NCBI GenBank assembly: GCA_951406725.2
Contig: OX597817.1
Coordinates: 55,118,001-55,182,000, forward strand
Source: Octopus vulgaris
Taxonomy: Eukaryota
Direction: 5' to 3'
DNA: 64,000 bases
The position numbers and the translations under genes were made by a program. The notes below the pieces were generated by a model that worked only from the letters and a program-made list of their open reading frames with translations, was not told the DNA's origin and did no database searches. Positions 56,668 through 64,000 of this stretch are shown piece after piece (within the stretch, counting starts at the first letter, position 1; every line of letters starts with the position of its first letter).

Positions 56668-57255
56668 CCATACGGTTTTAAAGATTTCATGTACCATAAT
56701 TCAAATTTGGGTTCCAAATCGTAGGGAAAAGATGGGGTAGTCAAGTGAGGTATGCCTTCCATCATTTATTTGCAACGTCAGCACTGAACAGGAGATAAAT
56801 GACACCACCAGCAGCAGCGGTAGCGACGGTGATGGCAGCGACAGCGGGCGTGGCGGTAGCGGCGGCGGCGGGAGCAGCGACAACGGGGGTAGCGGCAGCA
56901 ACAGAAGCGGCGGCGACAGCAGCAATCAACCGTTAATTCCAGTCCCTTCTTTAGCGACATGGTTTTAATCTTTAAGATGTATTGAACAAATCCAGGAATC
57001 AGTCCCAGACAAGCAGAGAAGAGAATAAATCGATTTTTACATATCGACCTCATCCTCTCCCGCCTCATTATGTATAAATTTTATTTATATTTTTATTAAT
57101 GTTGGCTTTCTTGTTTTGCTTGTATAGTTTGTTTCATTTGTATGTATTTAATCATCTTTTATATTCTCTTGCGGTTGCGTGGAGATTTCTGCGTTTTATG
57201 GCGTGTCTTTCACATGCGCACGGAGAGACAGGCAGGCAGATAGACAGAGACAGAC

Positions 57256-57304
<49 letters not shown>

Positions 57305-57464
57305 TGAATGCTTGCAGACATATCACAAATTATCTTTCAGAAGATCAAGTTAACATTTGCGAGGGCGAGCCATTGGATAGGGCTGAAAAGGAATGACGAA
57401 ACCAGGCTGCAGAGGTGATCATCCTGAAATGGACCACAAGTCCATTTTACGTACAACTCCTAAT

Positions 57465-57599
57465 TTTTGTCAGTTGAGTGAACTGCAAAAATGGAACGTG
57501 AGCAATATGAAATAAAGCAACTTGCACAAGGATAAAACGCGCTAGCGGGAATCGAACTCACGTGAGCCAGATACGCTAACCACTATGCCATGCGCCACC
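57465..57599 (-). mobile_element. SINE head fragment, duplicate of 55965-56099
   Basis: Shares GCTAGCGGGAATCGAACTCACGTGAGCC and other unusual features with 55965-56099. Confidence 0.75.
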
Positions 57600-58721
57600 A
57601 GAAGTGGAAAAAAAAAATATATATATTTTGAAATACAATTTGAAATGGTTGCTATTGGAGATTTGCTGATTCTAGTTTTACCGGATCAAGGATTATCTAT
57701 ACGATAATCCCATTAAAACCCCAGGTAATAAGGAAACTAATTCGTGATGACTCGAATCGCCAAAAGTAGTATGTTTTATATTTTACTTGTTGCAGTTATT
57801 AGACTGTGGCCAAACTGGGGCACTGAAACAGTACGTTGGTGCGCTTTAGAACCGTCAAGCGGAAGGCCCCGAAACAGTGCGCATCCTCTCCTGATTGCCC
57901 CAGGAACCCACTGGCATCTGGTATGGTAGAGGGTTCGAATGACTGTACTTGCAATAGCAAGCTATTTCCAAGTTTCTATAAAACAAAAGAGCTATGATCC
58001 AAGGACCCTTCCGAGAAATAAACTCATAAGGCCGGTGTCCCGAACTTTGTGGTGCATGTATTCTCCAACTCCCTGGAACGTATGCCCCTGTCGTTACAGG
58101 AATACTCATCGTGTGACAGTTCGGTAGTTAGAACAAGGTGAAATGAAAAAAATTTTCGCTCAAGAATGCAACGCACCGCCCAGCCTAGAGAACGAAACCA
58201 CAATCTTGTGATCATGAATGCAGCACTCTTACCACGAAGACATGCGCCTCCACACCTCCAGTTCACAGCCTCACTTACACTACAACAACCATTTTACAGA
58301 CTGCAGGAAGAGATGTATAGGTTTCGAAAGCATTTGTATGCAAAGATGTAGATTAGTTCTTTTTCGGTAAAAACATACTTTGTATCTAGAGTCCTAGTGC
58401 AGGGCATTTTCTCGCTTTTAAAAGCTTCAGATGTGGTCAACATTTGTATCTGTTATTTTAATAACTGTGATACATTTTATATACAATGGACAGTCGTAAC
58501 TGAAAAAAAGCAAAACAGTCAATGAAAAATATTTCAAAATACAATGAAAGCATGTGTCAGTGTGTTTGTGATCAGTTTCCTGAACACCTGTTGCAAGAGC
58601 CAGCCATCATTTCTACATCTTTGTAGGTCACTAGCAAGATTGAAAAGCCAGAATCCTACAGCTTTAAGAGAACAATGAAACGATAATGTTGTTCGAAAGT
58701 CATTCTCAAAATTTCATGTAT

Positions 58722-58760
<39 letters not shown>

Positions 58761-58937
58761 TGTATGTATGTATGTATGTATGTATGTATGTATGTATGTA
58801 TGTATGTATGTATGTATGTATGTATGTATGTAGGTATGTATGTGCATATATATGTCTGTGTGTATACGTATACGCATATATGTGTGCATATATGTTCACA
58901 TGCATATACATACGTTTATAGATATATATGTGTGCAC

Positions 58938-58987
<50 letters not shown>

Positions 58988-59148
58988 AAATGTATGTAAA
59001 CGTATAAATGTATATATATATATATATATATATATGCACAAACAAATTAAGTGATAGTGCTAGAGCGAGAAAGCATAGCCAATTAGTTATGGTAATGCAT
59101 ATATATTTATACATACATATATACATACATATATATATACATACATGC

Positions 59149-59179
<31 letters not shown>

Positions 59180-59683
59180 TACATATATGCGTCCGGGTGT
59201 GTTTGCGATTGCGTACACATGTATAAATATAAATACACATATGTATGTATACACTAACATACGTACATATACACATATGCATGAATATTTTAGAAACATG
59301 CCTACATAAGAGAAATGCATATATATAAATATATAAATATATATATATATATATACATTCATATATGTGTGTGTGTGTGTGCGTATGTGTGTGTGTTTGC
59401 ATATTGTGAGTGATATATATTAATACGTCAGAATGCAAATAGTTTGAGGAAATCATTAAAAATATATATGTATCTTTACTTAAGAAAACAGATCATTTTC
59501 AACACATTTATCTCTATCTGCTCTGACGTATCAAATATACAAATATTTGCGCTCCTTTTGCGAAGCTATACAAAGATTGAAACGAAGTAGATTGCATATA
59601 AAGTCATTTTACGTGAATATAATTTACTGTTATCTAGATTCTCTATCGTTTCAATTCTCTTACTCTGTCTCTGTCTCTCTCTT

Positions 59684-59717
<34 letters not shown>

Positions 59718-59741
59718 CACACATACACACACACAGACGCG

Positions 59742-59914
<173 letters not shown>

Positions 59915-60104
59915 TTTCTCTTACTTGTTTCACTCATTTGACAGCGGCCAATCTGGTGCAACGCCTTTAGACGAACAAATCGACGCCAGAAGTTATTTTT
60001 TTTGTAAGCCTAGCACTTATTCTATCGTCACTTTTTGCCAAACCACCAAGTTACAGGGATGTAAACACACTAGCATCGGTGTTCAAGCGATGGGCGGCGA
60101 CACA

Positions 60105-60110
<6 letters not shown>
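59915..60110 (-). mobile_element. SINE family B, tail half
   Basis: TTGTTTCACTCATTTGACAGCGGCC...AAGCCTAGCACTTATTCTATCG...CATCGGTGTTCAAGCGATGG. Confidence 0.75.
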
Positions 60111-60176
<66 letters not shown>

Positions 60177-61764
60177 CATATATATGTCTTGGCACCCTTT
60201 ATGTTCTTATACCTTAAAAATCCTAAGGAATTATACGAATGGCATCTCACCTTCTATTTCTTTCTTCCTCTATTTCTCCCACGGCGCAAATAACATGAAA
60301 TACGTAAACAACGAGGAAAAATGGAAAACAGGACAAGTAAACACAGATAAGTACCCTTCATCAGTTGTCGGCTGTTTATCTAATCATCATTTTGAGCATT
60401 CGACGACAATATGAGTCTTCAAAGACAGTCGCCTCTATAAATTCTGAAATAAAGTTTAGGAATTATGAAGGGTGAAATTTGTGAACAAAAGCATGACAGT
60501 GGAGACATACAAGGAAACCAAACGAGAACAAGCATGGAGGGTCATTTGACCAGAAAAAGAGGAAAACAGTGTACGCTGGGAGAAACATATTTGTTTTGAA
60601 AAGAGAAAAGATAGAAGAGAAAGAAGGAAAACACGTCCGTTCTTTTGAATGTCCATGCAAGAAAAGAAAGATGGACGATGGTCACGTGTGAGCAACGAGA
60701 GAGAGAGGAAGAGAGAGATAGAGAAGAAGAAGAGAATATATATATTACCTAACAGTAGATGGCGTTTCTGAGTAATTAATCTTAGTGATTCCTTTTTTAA
60801 AATCTTATACATGCAAATATTTCACATGCACTTATGAACAATATGGTGCATCTGCTAGTGCAGTGAAAACTATTGTCCACTGAGAAGGTGGAATAAATCC
60901 GAAACTTATGAAGTACTGTATTTACTTATAAAATATAAAATATTTACAAAATATAAAACATTTAAAATGTGTTTAAAGTATCACACAATCATTCTAGATT
61001 TGACCACACGAAAAACGCTAACATTAATTTAACCTCAAAATGCATTCTCCACACTTTATTATAATCTGTTTACTTGCTCCGTTCAGTGCTTTTACAAACA
61101 TTTCAGTGTAGATTCCCACTTACTAGAGAACTAGTAATTTATCATTGGTGACGGTTATATTCCCACTAAATAAACCATCCCTACTTGTTTCCCTTGCTTG
61201 CTCAACCAGACAATAATGTTAGCTCTACCATTAAATGCTTCTCTTATCACTGTAGTTAACACTCCACACACGGAGTTCCTTTTTTCGTCTTTAAATATTA
61301 AAGATAATCAAACCCGCATTCTCCATATTATTACCTTCTCGTTTCACGTTTCCGCTTTTAATTTAAATTCTTTATTTTATTCAGTATTTTCTTTTATGTA
61401 TTTTTTCCCTTGTTGTATTTTTCCTATTTTTCTTTTCTTTTCATTTCACATCTTTAAATTTGCACTCCTCTTTTAGTTCGCTTCTTCGTACATTTCTTTC
61501 TTGCTTCATTTCTTGATTACTGTATTTCTTTCCTCCTTTCGGTTTTTCTTCATCTTAGTTAACTCTTTCGATGTTTTGTGTTCTTTCTGTTTTTTCAATT
61601 TAATGTTTCTTCAATTTACTTTTCTCTCATTCACATTTTTCAAAATTTTATTTCATTCTTTTCCTCATACGTCATTTTCGTTTTCTTCCCCACTTCTCTC
61701 GCTTTCTCACTATTTACCTATCTATCAATCTATCTATCTTTGTTTCTCCTTGTCTCTCGATCTC

Positions 61765-61845
<81 letters not shown>

Positions 61846-62547
61846 ATTCAGGAATTCAATTTTTCGTTTTTCTCAGGTTCAAACTCTCAACCTTATTTTC
61901 TTTTTACTTATTTATTCCTTCCTTCCTTCCTTCCCCTTTCCTTCCTTTCTTTTTTACTTTCTTTCTTTCTTTCTTGCAGAGATTAATTCTTTTCTTCTCC
62001 CATTATTCTTTTTATTTCATACTTTCTTTCTTCCATCCTTCCTTTCTGTCGCCAGTTCTTTTTCACTTCATTTCAATTCTTTCTCACAGGATTCTTTAAA
62101 TTCTGCTGTTTGCGTGCCTTTTTTTTCTTTAAATGCTGTTTACATACATTGCAGTGTGTTTATGTATCCATTTCAAGAAATATGTGTATATTTGTACGTT
62201 CAGCGATGAGTGCGTCACCAAGGACGTATGCGCATGAGCATGCGTGTTTCATTCAACATGTTTTCGGGTGCTTTTAAATATTCGTGCATCATTTGTTTCT
62301 ACGTGTGTGCGTATATAAATATATGTATGTGTATGTATATGTGAGAGTGTGTGTCTGTGTGTGTTGACATGTCCATTGATGTATGTATATCTGACTTAGA
62401 ATGTATGTGGATGTGTGAATGTCGAAAATGGGGATTTCGAGGCGAATTTGTTGTGCTTTTTTTTTATTATTCAAGATTGAGCTAACATATACATGTTTTT
62501 TGCAATTATTTATTATACAGATATAAAGCTATTACGACCATTTGCAG

Positions 62548-62594
<47 letters not shown>

Positions 62595-63732
62595 CGTATG
62601 CGTCTCGATACCTGTATATACACACACATATATATATATGCGTGTGTGTGTGTGTCTACATACGGAGATATAAATATCATAGATATATATATTTATGTAC
62701 ATATATGCATATGTATATATATATATGCATTTGTGTATGTGTGTGTATGTGTTCATACAATATCTGTATTTATATACTTATATGTTGGAATATGCATACA
62801 TGTTTATACATACACACACACACACATAAATACACATACATATACATATGATTGTGAGAGGGAGTCAATGTAATCCTTAGTTTTATATGTCCATATAAAT
62901 ACATGCATATTTGTGTACGTATATATATATATGTGTGTGTATGTGTGTGTGTCTGTGTGTGTATATGTGTCTGTCTGTGTGTAGCTTTTGAAATGGTGCA
63001 CACACACCTACGTACACGTCGTGTAATCCGAGTAGAAAATTATTCGCTGATCTCTAAAGCTGTTTAGAAAGTGATGAAGTTTTTAATGCCGCAGTCTATT
63101 CATACAAGTTATCGTGTTATCTGACAAGCTGTGATGTGTGAAATCGCTGTAAAAATGGTAAAATAAGGAGTCGAAACGTAATCCATCATTGCTACAACTT
63201 GTCAGGATTCGTTCTTATGATTAGAACAAAATTTACTTATTTTACAACATTTATTTTCTTTCTTCGTAAAAAGACAAATCAGAGAATAAGTGAAAACAAG
63301 CAGAAGCGAAAAACATAATGAAAAAAATCCTGAAGCTTTCGTCTGCTTCACCAAGTAACAAATAATAAGAAAGGGAATACACATACAAGACACACACACG
63401 CGCTCGCGCACCCGCGAACATACTTACATATACACACACATGTAAACTTGCGGTTGAAACGTGAAAAGTGCACCTTAATCTTCTGGTTAGTCAGCACTTC
63501 CTGCTGCGCATGCCCAGTGAAATAAGAATATAGAAAACCATGACGTGATCGAATAGGATCAGACAAGTTATCCTTGAAAACTAAACGATTGGCATTCTAT
63601 ATGTTTGGGTAGTGTCAATCATGCATACATACATTCATACATAAACTTATGACATATATGCTTATATTTTATTTTTATAATTGGGGATGATCATTTTAAC
63701 TATTATATACATGTGAATACATACATAGAGGC

Positions 63733-63792
<60 letters not shown>

Positions 63793-63819
63793 ATCTGTAT
63801 ATGTGTGTTTGTATTTATG

Positions 63820-63850
<31 letters not shown>

Positions 63851-63858
63851 GTATATAA

Positions 63859-63935
<77 letters not shown>

Positions 63936-64000
63936 TACACTATATACATACATACATAATTACATACATACATACATTTATGTGTGTGTGTGTGGGTGTT

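Noticed and set aside
60880-60920. CTGAGAAGGTGGAATAAATCCGAAACTTATGAAGTA hammerhead-like string
   Set aside because: Core is not CUGANGA and no stem I pairing is present.
61860-61990. Polypyrimidine-AG splice acceptor candidates as partner exon for the 14454 donor
   Set aside because: Followed by an immediate stop or low-complexity sequence in the required phase.

Overview
AT-rich eukaryotic non-coding DNA, dense in microsatellites ((TA)n, (CA)n, (TAA)n, (GAT)n, (TAG)n, (GATA)n). The repeat content resembles an octopus/cephalopod genome (my inference from repeat style, not proven). No intact host protein-coding gene is supported; nearly all ORF-track entries are microsatellite translations. 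Identifiable content: (i) eight copies or fragments of R4/Dong-like restriction-like-endonuclease (RLE) non-LTR retrotransposons, most abutting (TAA)n tracts, including a near-full-length, internally deleted copy at about 29.85-32.3 kb; (ii) three tRNA-derived SINE families, CR1-like and RTE-like 3' fragments, Tc1/mariner relics, a hAT MITE and two non-autonomous Helitrons; (iii) four type I hammerhead ribozyme motifs with palindromic stem III in three different short non-coding elements. These are a near-perfect 589-bp tandem array in (TA)n, a 339-bp fold-back element next to (TAA)n, and a ~430-bp element in (TA)n. They suggest a set of microsatellite-associated retrozyme or Penelope-pLTR-like self-cleaving retroelements. 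Several short local templated duplications and inversions also lie next to microsatellites.
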